A DNA stretch of 64,000 nucleotides from Promethearchaeota archaeon (GTDB lineage: Archaea > Asgardarchaeota > Lokiarchaeia > Sigyniarchaeales > SOKP01): assembly GCA_004524725.1 (NCBI GenBank), contig SDNW01000001.1, positions 2,213 to 66,212 on the forward strand. The letters run 5' to 3'. Below, piece after piece: positions 28,509 through 36,077 of this stretch. Within the stretch, counting starts at the first letter, position 1, and the number at the start of each line of letters is the position of its first letter. The translations under genes and the position numbers were made by a program. The notes under the pieces were generated by a model, which ran no database searches, was not told the DNA's origin, and saw only the letters and a list, made by a program, of their open reading frames with translations.

Positions 28509-28928
28509 ATGAATTTTGATGAGGATGAAGATTTGGATGAAGAATTCGAGGAAGATTTTGATGAGGAGTTAGATGAAGATTTGGATGATGAGTTTGAGGA
28601 ATTAAAAAAACCACCTTCCGATGATCTTACAACCAAAACTCCTAAAACTGCAATAACTCCTGAAGCTAAAAAAATATCCGTATATTTGATGTCAACTATA
28701 GGCCCGGGGGAAAAGAAGCAAAAATTATTAATGTATACAGGATACAAGATTAGGGATATCAAGGAGACGGTGGCAAATATCTTCGGTTTAGATCCCGCTG
28801 ATTTTCATTTGTCTACAGGAGGAGTTACTATGGAGGAAGGATTCACGCTGAATGATTATAATGTTGAAGACGGAGATGATATTTTATTAATTCCTGCTAG
28901 CACAGCAGGCATAGTTAGCATATTATAA
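28509..28928 (+). CDS. ubiquitin-like (beta-grasp) modifier precursor with poly-acidic N-terminal extension (UBL1)
   Basis: The C-terminal ~85 aa, KKISVYLMSTIGPGEKKQKLL...DGDDILLIPASTAG-IVSIL, is a paralog of UBL2. The N-terminal ~55 aa is rich in D/E/L/F. Confidence 0.75.
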   Translation: MNFDEDEDLDEEFEEDFDEELDEDLDDEFEELKKPPSDDLTTKTPKTAITPEAKKISVYLMSTIGPGEKKQKLLMYTGYKIRDIKETVANIFGLDPADFHLSTGGVTMEEGFTLNDYNVEDGDDILLIPASTAGIVSIL

Positions 28929-28961
28929 TTAGCAAAGACTCTTCCATATAAAATTAAGATA

Positions 28962-29741
28962 TTATTTTTTATTTCGTGGAATTAAAGCAATTTCATCATC
29001 ATCATCAATATTATAGTCCCTTACTAGGGAATCTTCACGTAATAATATTCCGCCAGTGGAGAGTAAAAAATCATCAAGATCATATCCAAAAAATATTGAT
29101 ATTTTTTCTTTTAGCTCTTTAATGAATTCTGAAGATTCAATTATTAAAATTTTAGTTTTCTCTCCAGGCTCCACTAAGGATCTCACATAGACGCGTATTT
29201 TATCTTGCATTCCAATTTTCATTTGAGGAGGATAATATACAACCTTTTCATCATTCTCTGCTTCCAACATGGATTCAATTAAATCTTTCCTTTCCTCGGC
29301 ATTATAATATAATAATTCTCTGAGAAAAAATATCTTATCCATTTTAGATAAATTTAACAGTTCTATCCTATCTAACTCTTCTGGATTGAATAATGAGAAA
29401 ATAAACTCATGAAGTTTTGGAATTTCTTCATATGAATCATCTGAAGTAGCATAATTATCAATTATAGGCATTGCTTCGAAATAATCATTTATAAAAGCGC
29501 CATAGTTTCCCTTAAACGTTCTTTTTTTAAAAGGGACTTTCTTCTTTAAAATTAGCTCATCAGGTTTTTTAGTTTCTATGATCGTATAGAGAGTAAAACT
29601 AGGTACAGCAATTACGCTACTAATAATAAGGATCGATTTTAGAAGGATATTATCAATTTTAAAGAATATAAAAATAAGATAGAGAAGAATAAAAAAAAGA
29701 TATAATATGGCTGTTCCAAATAATAAATATTTGTTTTTCAT
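28962..29741 (-). CDS. membrane-anchored protein (2 N-terminal TM helices) with C-terminal ubiquitin-like domain lacking a terminal Gly (UBL3)
   Basis: The C-terminus, DKIRVYVRSLVEPGEKTKILII...FGYDLDDFLLSTGGILL...DDDDEIALIPRNKK, aligns residue-for-residue with UBL1 and UBL2 but ends RNKK. The N-terminal hydrophobic helices are YLLFGTAILYLFFILLYLIFIFF and ILIISSVIAVPSFTLYTII. Confidence 0.7.
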   Translation of the reverse strand: MKNKYLLFGTAILYLFFILLYLIFIFFKIDNILLKSILIISSVIAVPSFTLYTIIETKKPDELILKKKVPFKKRTFKGNYGAFINDYFEAMPIIDNYATSDDSYEEIPKLHEFIFSLFNPEELDRIELLNLSKMDKIFFLRELLYYNAEERKDLIESMLEAENDEKVVYYPPQMKIGMQDKIRVYVRSLVEPGEKTKILIIESSEFIKELKEKISIFFGYDLDDFLLSTGGILLREDSLVRDYNIDDDDEIALIPRNKK

Positions 29742-29823
29742 AATTTTAATAATGCCTTCTTCTAAATTTTAAATGTTAAATTCATAATTTAAATTCCATT
29801 GGAATAAATTTGCAAATTCTCTT

Positions 29824-30495
29824 CTATTCCTCATTTATAAAATTTCTAACCTCAAAAAATTTATCTTCGTTTAAGCTAAATAATAGTTTTTTATTTTGCT
29901 TTTTTACGTTAATTAGTTTTAAACTTTGTAAAATCTTAAGATACTTTTTTATAGTATTATAATTTTTTTTCAACCTATTTGCAATTTCGGTTATTTTAAA
30001 GTCTTTTTTTTCCTCCAGCATGAAATTTATTATTTCTTTAATGAAATTCTGTCTTAAGTAGAAATAAAGTTCATCAAATTCTGGATTTAAATCAGAATTA
30101 AAGAACACCCTTTGATTATCAAATTTTCTAGATCGGACAAATTGAAATTTTTCTAAACAAGATAGATGCCATAGAGCCTGATTACTTCCAATGTCTATGG
30201 CGTTCATAATTTCATTAATGTTTGATGGAGTTTGCTTAATTAAATTAAAAATTTCATTTCTTACTGGATGTTCGATTATATTATTTTTCATTAATTTAGT
30301 CCCAGGTATAAGGATTCTTCTTTTGATAAGTTTTTTTATTATTTTTTCGATCTTATTTTTATTTATATCTGGGTTTAACTTTACTCTATTATTAATGAAC
30401 ACTACAATATCCTCTATTGAGAAGAAAGGTTTCTTTTTTAAGTATTCTTCAATTAATTCAAAAACAATATATTCAGCATTATTAGGAGAATTCAT
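29824..30495 (-). CDS. winged-HTH (ArsR-like) transcriptional regulator, probably two wHTH units
   Basis: RNEIFNLIKQTPSNINEIMNAIDIGSNQALWHLSCLEKFQFVRSRK is ArsR-like. A second similar unit is ITEIANRLKKNYNTIKKYLKILQSLKLI. Confidence 0.6.
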   Translation of the reverse strand: MNSPNNAEYIVFELIEEYLKKKPFFSIEDIVVFINNRVKLNPDINKNKIEKIIKKLIKRRILIPGTKLMKNNIIEHPVRNEIFNLIKQTPSNINEIMNAIDIGSNQALWHLSCLEKFQFVRSRKFDNQRVFFNSDLNPEFDELYFYLRQNFIKEIINFMLEEKKDFKITEIANRLKKNYNTIKKYLKILQSLKLINVKKQNKKLLFSLNEDKFFEVRNFINEE

Positions 30496-30747
30496 AAGAG
30501 TATACTTCTATGAGATTGAATGAAATTAACTTGTTAATCATTTCTTTAGTCTTAAATGATATCTCTCAATTAATATTATTTACTAACGATTTATTCAATT
30601 TATAAGTATATTTTCTAAAATTAATAAGGACATTATTATCTTAATTTATGAAATTTCAAAATTATGCCAATTGGTTTTATAATATCATTTTAGCATGTTT
30701 TTAGTAAGTTTAAAAATAAACTATTAAAAAAAAAGGAAGTGAATTAA

Positions 30748-31083
30748 ATGAGTTTTGAAAATGATTTTGATGAGGAATTAGAACCTTTAAAGTCTAAAAC
30801 GCCTACAAGTAAAACGCCTTCGGCAGGAAAGAAATTGACTCTATACTTTATGTCAACTATAGGTCCCGGTGAAAAGAAAGAAAAGTTAACTGTAAATGAC
30901 GCAAATCAAGTCAGTGATATAAAACAAACATTAGGAAACCTATATGGACTTGATCCTAATGAATTTCATTTATCTTCTGGTGGAGTTACCATGGAAGAAA
31001 ATAATCAATTAAAAGATTATAATGTAAACGATGGAGACGACATTCTATTGATTCCTGCGAGTACAGCGGGTAGACTTATATAA
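30748..31083 (+). CDS. ubiquitin-like (beta-grasp) modifier precursor (UBL2)
   Basis: KKLTLYFMSTIGPGEKKEKLTV...LYGLDPNEFHLSSGGVTMEE...DGDDILLIPASTAG-RLI. It is the first gene of the co-directional UBL-E1-E2-JAMM-RING run. GGAAGTGA lies 5 nt before the ATG. Confidence 0.8.
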   Translation: MSFENDFDEELEPLKSKTPTSKTPSAGKKLTLYFMSTIGPGEKKEKLTVNDANQVSDIKQTLGNLYGLDPNEFHLSSGGVTMEENNQLKDYNVNDGDDILLIPASTAGRLI

Positions 31084-31148
31084 TTTTCTATATAATTTAT
31101 AATTAGAAGGCACATGTCCTTCATTTATTTTTTTTATTAATAATTAAG

Positions 31149-32381
31149 GTGATAAGATTGGATAAACATTCAGATTTTTTTGCTAGAGAATTAACAGTGG
31201 AGGAACGAGAACTGTATGACCGCCAATTTCGTCTTGAGGGTTGGTCACAAAAGGTTGTAAAAAATTCGAGAGTACTTATTGTAGGTGTAGGAGGGTTAGG
31301 CTGTGAAATTGCAAAAAATTTAGCGATGTTAGGTGTGGGTCATCTCGATCTTGTTGATTTAGATATTATTGAACATTCTAATTTAAACCGTCAAATACTT
31401 TTTACTGGAGCTCAAATTGGAGAGTCAAAAGCGATTGTAGCAGCACGAACATTAAAGGATATAAATCCAAATATTATTATTAAAGGTTATTTTACCTCTC
31501 TAGAACGATTAAAACCTGAGATATATCAAGCTGCTGATGTCGTGGTTGGAGGTCTTGACTCAATGAATGCACGTTTAAACTTAAATTCCCAATGTATAAG
31601 ATTTAGAAAACCTTTAGTCGATGGAGGAGTATCTGGTTATCATGGACATTTCTATACGGTACTTCCCTATAAAAATGCTTGTTATGAGTGCAACCCATTG
31701 CCTATTGGTGAAAGTGATGAGATGGCAGCTTGTACTGTAGTTGGAATTCCTCGAAAAAGAATACATTGTGTTTTTAAAGGGGATATGGCTTTTAAAGAAA
31801 AATTTGATAGAGATCCAAATCCAAAAGATATGAATGATATTAAATATATTCAAAAGGTTGCGAATGAATTTGTTAATAAATATAATTTCTTACCAGAATA
31901 TACTGAAGATGATATCGTAAAAATTATAGATAGACATGATCCGGGAATAATTACAATTAATGCAGTTATATCTGCCTTCCAGTCTCATGAGACTGTAAAA
32001 ATTATTCATTGGAAGCAAGGACATAAAGGATTAGGACAACCCATAAAGGATTATGTAATCTTTAATGGTATTACAATGAAAATGTATCATATTGAAAAAA
32101 CAAGGAACCCAGAATGCTCTCAATGTGGAAAAAATGTTCGACGTGTCATTATAAAAATGAAACCAGATTCACTTTGCATGAATATTATAAAAATTTTAAC
32201 AAGGCATGGATATAAATTAGAGGAGGATTTTGAACCTGTGATTACACTATTGGATTTCAATGATATACAAGTTGTTGATTTAGAAAAGACCTTTATAGAA
32301 AATGAATTGCGTAATTTAGAATTTTTAACGATAGCTGGGTTTAAAGGTGGAGAAATTTATGTAACTCTAAAATTAAAATGA
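31149..32381 (+). CDS. E1-like ubiquitin-activating enzyme (ThiF/MoeB/UBA adenylation domain plus C-terminal extension)
   Basis: The protein has YDRQFRLEGW, the nucleotide loop VLIVGVGGLGCEIAKNL, DLDIIEHSNLNRQILF, the zinc pairs CYEC and CSQCG, and the candidate catalytic Cys in MAACTVVG. The track's GTG at 31149 lies inside a GGTGA motif, so TTG 31158 is an alternative start. Confidence 0.85.
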   Translation: MIRLDKHSDFFARELTVEERELYDRQFRLEGWSQKVVKNSRVLIVGVGGLGCEIAKNLAMLGVGHLDLVDLDIIEHSNLNRQILFTGAQIGESKAIVAARTLKDINPNIIIKGYFTSLERLKPEIYQAADVVVGGLDSMNARLNLNSQCIRFRKPLVDGGVSGYHGHFYTVLPYKNACYECNPLPIGESDEMAACTVVGIPRKRIHCVFKGDMAFKEKFDRDPNPKDMNDIKYIQKVANEFVNKYNFLPEYTEDDIVKIIDRHDPGIITINAVISAFQSHETVKIIHWKQGHKGLGQPIKDYVIFNGITMKMYHIEKTRNPECSQCGKNVRRVIIKMKPDSLCMNIIKILTRHGYKLEEDFEPVITLLDFNDIQVVDLEKTFIENELRNLEFLTIAGFKGGEIYVTLKLK

Positions 32382-32463
32382 ATTTATTATCAAAATAATT
32401 ATTTACAATAATTTTCTTGTTAAAAACTATAAAAATTAAAATAAAAAAAGGGATTAAGAAAAA

Positions 32464-32991
32464 ATGAGTATAAGAAGTAGTCGTATTTCCCGAGATTTTG
32501 CGGGCTTAAAAAAAATGTTAAAGAATGGATCTATAGTGCAATTAAAACCATTTAATCCAAATAAAAAAAGTATTGACCACTTAGCTATTACTATTAAGGG
32601 TCCAAAAGGCACAGCTTATGCAGGGGGTATCTTTAAACTAGAGATGAAATTCCCTGCTCAGTATCCTAAGCAACCGCCATATGTAAGACTTCATACCCCT
32701 ATTTGGCATCCAAATTTTTGGCCTAAACCAAGTGAATATAAAGGACAAAGAAATATATGCTTAGCATTGGTTGATCCTTCTTTGGTTGGTAAAAAAGGAG
32801 GTTGGAGTCCATCGAAAACAGCGGTCACTGTAGTACAAGCAATAATTGCTATGTTAAATACACGAGGAAAATATGTAAATCCAACAGATGTATTTAATAA
32901 AAAGGCAGCGATTGAAATGATCAAGGATCAAAAATTCTTTGAGAAAAAGGTCAAAAACCTAGTAAAGAAGTATGCAAATGAAAAGTGGTGA
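32464..32991 (+). CDS. E2 ubiquitin-conjugating enzyme (UBC fold)
   Basis: GGIFKLEMKFPAQYPKQPPYVRLHTPIWHPNF carries the HPN motif. It is followed by the catalytic Cys99 in RNICLALV (TGC at 32758..32760). Confidence 0.85.
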   Translation: MSIRSSRISRDFAGLKKMLKNGSIVQLKPFNPNKKSIDHLAITIKGPKGTAYAGGIFKLEMKFPAQYPKQPPYVRLHTPIWHPNFWPKPSEYKGQRNICLALVDPSLVGKKGGWSPSKTAVTVVQAIIAMLNTRGKYVNPTDVFNKKAAIEMIKDQKFFEKKVKNLVKKYANEKW

Positions 32992-32997
32992 AATATT

Positions 32998-33804
32998 ATG
33001 AAAAATGATGAAATCGCAAATGACCCAATTAGAGAAGCGATAAAACAAAAAATCAAAGCGAAAATCAAAAATGAATTACTTAAAGAAATATATTCAGAAT
33101 TACAATTAGAAGAAGAAATAACGGACGAGATAGCAAGTGAAATAATAAATGAACCTATCTTAGAGCATACAGAGTTTAATAAAGCTAATCTGGAGCCGAT
33201 TCCCTCGGAGATCATTAAAACCTCTTCGGGAAATGGTAAAAGTAAATCACCTATTATCATAAATGTAAAATCTTTTCTTAAGATTGCTAGTCATGCGTTA
33301 AAATATGCGCATTCAAAAATTCCGAGAGAAAGTTGGGTAGAAGTCATAGGGCTACTCGCTGGAAAAATTGATAAAGTTCATGATATTTTACTTGTTGAAG
33401 ACGTTTATCCAATGGGTCATGGAAATGCCGTATATGCTGAAATTAAAGACTATAAAAATTATGTAAGAGCATTTAAAGATATTAAAAAAAGTAGTTTGTT
33501 TATTTGTGGATGGTATCACTCTCATCCATCTTATGGATGTTTTATGTCTAAGGAGGATTTAGGTACCCAATCTAGATATCAGGCGTTATGGGACAAAGCA
33601 ATAGCACTTGTGATTGATCCTTATCAGATAAATGGAAAATCTATGGGTTTTGAAATTTATCGTGCGAACATTAAAAAAAGACAATGGTTTTCTGTACCCT
33701 TCGAGATTAAGGGAAATATAGATGTGCGAATGTTACCTGAAATTTTGGAGTTCATGAACCCCATTATTGAGGGGAAGGCTGCTTATTTAGAATATGATGA
33801 ATAA
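32998..33804 (+). CDS. JAB1/MPN/Mov34 (JAMM) metalloprotease, Rpn11-like deubiquitinase/UBL-processing enzyme
   Basis: The upstream Glu is in ESWVEVIGLLAG, and the JAMM motif is GWYHSHPSYGCFMSKED (HxH-x7-S-x2-D). GGTGA overlaps the E2 stop, 6 nt before the ATG. Confidence 0.85.
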   Translation: MKNDEIANDPIREAIKQKIKAKIKNELLKEIYSELQLEEEITDEIASEIINEPILEHTEFNKANLEPIPSEIIKTSSGNGKSKSPIIINVKSFLKIASHALKYAHSKIPRESWVEVIGLLAGKIDKVHDILLVEDVYPMGHGNAVYAEIKDYKNYVRAFKDIKKSSLFICGWYHSHPSYGCFMSKEDLGTQSRYQALWDKAIALVIDPYQINGKSMGFEIYRANIKKRQWFSVPFEIKGNIDVRMLPEILEFMNPIIEGKAAYLEYDE

Positions 33805-33824
33805 AAGAATTAGTTGATTAATCC

Positions 33825-34964
33825 ATGCTAAAAAAGAAATATCTAATAATATTTTTTTTTATATTAATTGGTTCTATCCATGGATTAATCTCAATTTCAC
33901 TAAATATCTTTTTAACTTGGGTATTTATCGGTTTATGGTTATTTTTCATAATAAAAGTTTTCGAAAACATTAAACAGCATCGTGAATTCAATTCCCCTTA
34001 CAATACCGCATTTTTTGTTATTCTGCCTCTATTTATTGGAATTTTTTATTCCATTTGGGGTTCCTATACGAGTTTATTGGGAGAAAATCTCATTATGGAC
34101 TCTAATTTCTATTTTAGTTTATGGAGTTTAATATTTGGACTTCCATTTGTTTTATATGGATCTTATTCATTATATCGTTGCTTTAAAAGATATAATGTGA
34201 TCTATTTTGGGAGAAGAGCCGTAAAAGCTAAAGTTGTAGGATATTTATTATCTTTCTTCATAATTTTTGGTATTATTCTTTATTGGATAATCTTTTACTC
34301 TATTTCGGAGTTATATAATTCTATATTAATACCATTTCGCTTCTCTTTAGATATAAATATTTTACTTTTATTTATTCTAACTATTTTAAATTTAATCATA
34401 TTTGGTTTTTTGAATACACAAAGACAATTATCTCCTTTAACTCGTGAATATATCACACAACGTACTCGAAGAATAAATTCTTTGACAAGACCTAGTAACC
34501 AAAATCAGAGAGTACAAACAACTAATCGATCTAGTCCTCCCTTATCCAGAACAGAGCCCCGATCAAGTCGTGCTTCTTATCATTCATCAAGAGTCACTTC
34601 AGCACCTCACAGCCACAAAACGAGAACGCCCAAAAATAGTCAAACGCAAAAAACTAAAACTAGTCATAAAATTCAAAATATAAATATTTATAAGCCTAAA
34701 GCAGCGTTTCTGACAGAAGAAGATTTCAAATGCATTTTCTGTTTTAAATTGCCTAAATTTCCAGAAGATAAAGGAAGAGGAATCATTTTATGTCCTAATT
34801 GTAGGTACCCTTCCCATGCAGATGAGTTTAAAGACTGGTTGAAAACTTCTAATTTGTGTTCTCGTTGTAGCGCACCTATTCCCCTTAATTTTAGGAGAAA
34901 TCCAAGAATTATTAGCATCAAAAATTATATTACTATCTATAGACGAATTTTAAAAATAAAATGA
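33825..34964 (+). CDS. polytopic membrane protein (~6 TM) with S/T/R/P/Q-rich linker and C-terminal RING-like zinc finger (candidate E3)
   Basis: Six hydrophobic helices are followed by the low-complexity stretch RPSNQNQRVQTTNRSSPPLSRTEPRSSRASYHSSRVTSAPHSHKTRTPKNSQTQKTKTSHK. The C-terminal finger is CIFC-x17-CPNC-x4-H-x13-CSRC (34731..34868). Confidence 0.6.
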   Translation: MLKKKYLIIFFFILIGSIHGLISISLNIFLTWVFIGLWLFFIIKVFENIKQHREFNSPYNTAFFVILPLFIGIFYSIWGSYTSLLGENLIMDSNFYFSLWSLIFGLPFVLYGSYSLYRCFKRYNVIYFGRRAVKAKVVGYLLSFFIIFGIILYWIIFYSISELYNSILIPFRFSLDINILLLFILTILNLIIFGFLNTQRQLSPLTREYITQRTRRINSLTRPSNQNQRVQTTNRSSPPLSRTEPRSSRASYHSSRVTSAPHSHKTRTPKNSQTQKTKTSHKIQNINIYKPKAAFLTEEDFKCIFCFKLPKFPEDKGRGIILCPNCRYPSHADEFKDWLKTSNLCSRCSAPIPLNFRRNPRIISIKNYITIYRRILKIK

Positions 34965-34979
34965 TTGAGTTGCAAAGAA

Positions 34980-35939
34980 CTATCTACTTTTTCCAATAAT
35001 TCTTCTTAATTCTCCGATAGTTGTTTTTAATTCTGAATATACATTATGGGGGTGAATGGATTCATAGCTTTCAATCGAAAATTTAATTTTACAATGATCC
35101 TCCAAATTTGGAAAATCGCTTAAGATAAAATTCTTTGCCATTTGCCTAACGACATCTTCAGAAAAGAGTGGATTTAGATGAGCAGTTCGCACGAGCTTTG
35201 CCTCTTCTGGTCTTTTTAAAACAGATTGCATTTTACCAGACATCGAGCCCTCAATTATATCAATTATATCTAAAACATCAATTTTATGATTGTTTAAATC
35301 TTTAATTTGAACAATGATAGTTCCTTTTGATCGTTGATTGTGAGAGCTAAAAGGTAAGATATTTAAAAGTTTCTTAATATCTTCTTCTCGCAAATTGATA
35401 TCCCTTCTATTTTTAATTATTTCTTCGGCATATTCTTGACTCATTTCTTTTGCGCAAGGACATACAGTCATACCTACAGCACTGGCACCGATATAATAAT
35501 TAAAATCAATTTCTCCAGATACGTTTTTAAAAGCTTTTACAAATGAACTGATCTTATATGACTTTTGGATATTTCTTTGTTGTTCATCTTTAGTTTGGAC
35601 CACTATTTTTCCTTCAAGTTTTACATGGACTTTTTTTGTATAGGGATGTTTTTTAAGAAGTTCTCGTGCTATTCTATCTCCTACAACTTCTACGGAGGGT
35701 GTTGGCTTGAAAATAACCTCATTTATAATTTCTTCAATTGTTTCAGAGGTGCGAGACATATGTATCCCTCGTTGTTTGGCAGGCAGAGAGATCAGAGCAG
35801 AGATCTTAGGATAAAAGGAATAGCGTTTATTTTCTTGAATGATATCGACTTTTTTTTCGACCCCTACGATTCCAACTTTATCAATCGGAATGTCGACTTT
35901 TGAGCCAGAATTCTGTAAATCTTTTTTAAAATGGCTAAT
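34980..35939 (-). CDS. mptA: GTP cyclohydrolase IV (MptA/FolE2 family)
   Basis: GMTVCPCAKEMS is present. Family-conserved N-terminal sequence (DIPIDKVGIVGVEK...LPAKQRGIHMSR) continues in frame upstream of the track's ATG at 35759 up to a TGA at 35948..35946. The only plausible initiator there is ATT 35939..35937 (see findings). Confidence 0.7.
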   Translation of the reverse strand: MSHFKKDLQNSGSKVDIPIDKVGIVGVEKKVDIIQENKRYSFYPKISALISLPAKQRGIHMSRTSETIEEIINEVIFKPTPSVEVVGDRIARELLKKHPYTKKVHVKLEGKIVVQTKDEQQRNIQKSYKISSFVKAFKNVSGEIDFNYYIGASAVGMTVCPCAKEMSQEYAEEIIKNRRDINLREEDIKKLLNILPFSSHNQRSKGTIIVQIKDLNNHKIDVLDIIDIIEGSMSGKMQSVLKRPEEAKLVRTAHLNPLFSEDVVRQMAKNFILSDFPNLEDHCKIKFSIESYESIHPHNVYSELKTTIGELRRIIGKSR

Positions 35940-36077
35940 TAAGTATCACGAACTTATATTAATTTTCCTATTTAATAAAAGTAGATATCTAATATAAAAA
36001 ATATTAATGACTAAGTTTGTTCTATTAAAGTTTAGAATTTAATTTATAAAACTATCATGCTTGTCTGATTTAGAAAA

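Noticed and set aside
28481-28762. 93-aa ORF with SSKSSSNSSSK repeats on the minus strand
   Set aside because: It is the antisense shadow of the GAT/GAA-rich acidic extension of UBL1. Its low-complexity Ser/Lys repeat is the mirror of the D/E repeat, and it has no independent signal.
31149-31157. GTG start of the E1 gene as given in the ORF track
   Set aside because: The GTG is part of a GGTGA Shine-Dalgarno-like motif, and TTG 31158, 5 nt downstream, is a more plausible initiator. The feature is kept at the track coordinates with this caveat.
32691-33260. Two minus-strand ORFs (77 and 110 aa) inside the E2 and JAMM genes
   Set aside because: They are antisense shadows with hydrophobic low-complexity translations, whereas the plus-strand frames carry the HPN/Cys and JAMM motifs. 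For the same reason I rejected all other short track ORFs nested antisense in long genes. Examples are 1614..1820, 4265..4534, 5310..5519, 8954..9175, 11035..11229, 12894..13121, 15896..16198, 18372..18713, 20772..20978 and 22739..22930. Further examples are 26643..26912, 30191..30523, 31614..31853, 34688..34921, 38063..38335, 38837..39043, 39458..39655, 40179..40475, 43513..43842, 44521..44754, 45189..45437 and 46267..46461. The remaining ones are 49089..49298, 50105..50353, 50463..50648, 53809..54012, 54925..55206, 57812..58069, 59333..59545, 60613..60867, 61722..61907, 62012..62233 and 62866..63069.
35565-35903. 112-aa plus-strand ORF
   Set aside because: It overlaps the conserved N-terminal region of mptA on the opposite strand, and the minus-strand frame carries the family motifs.
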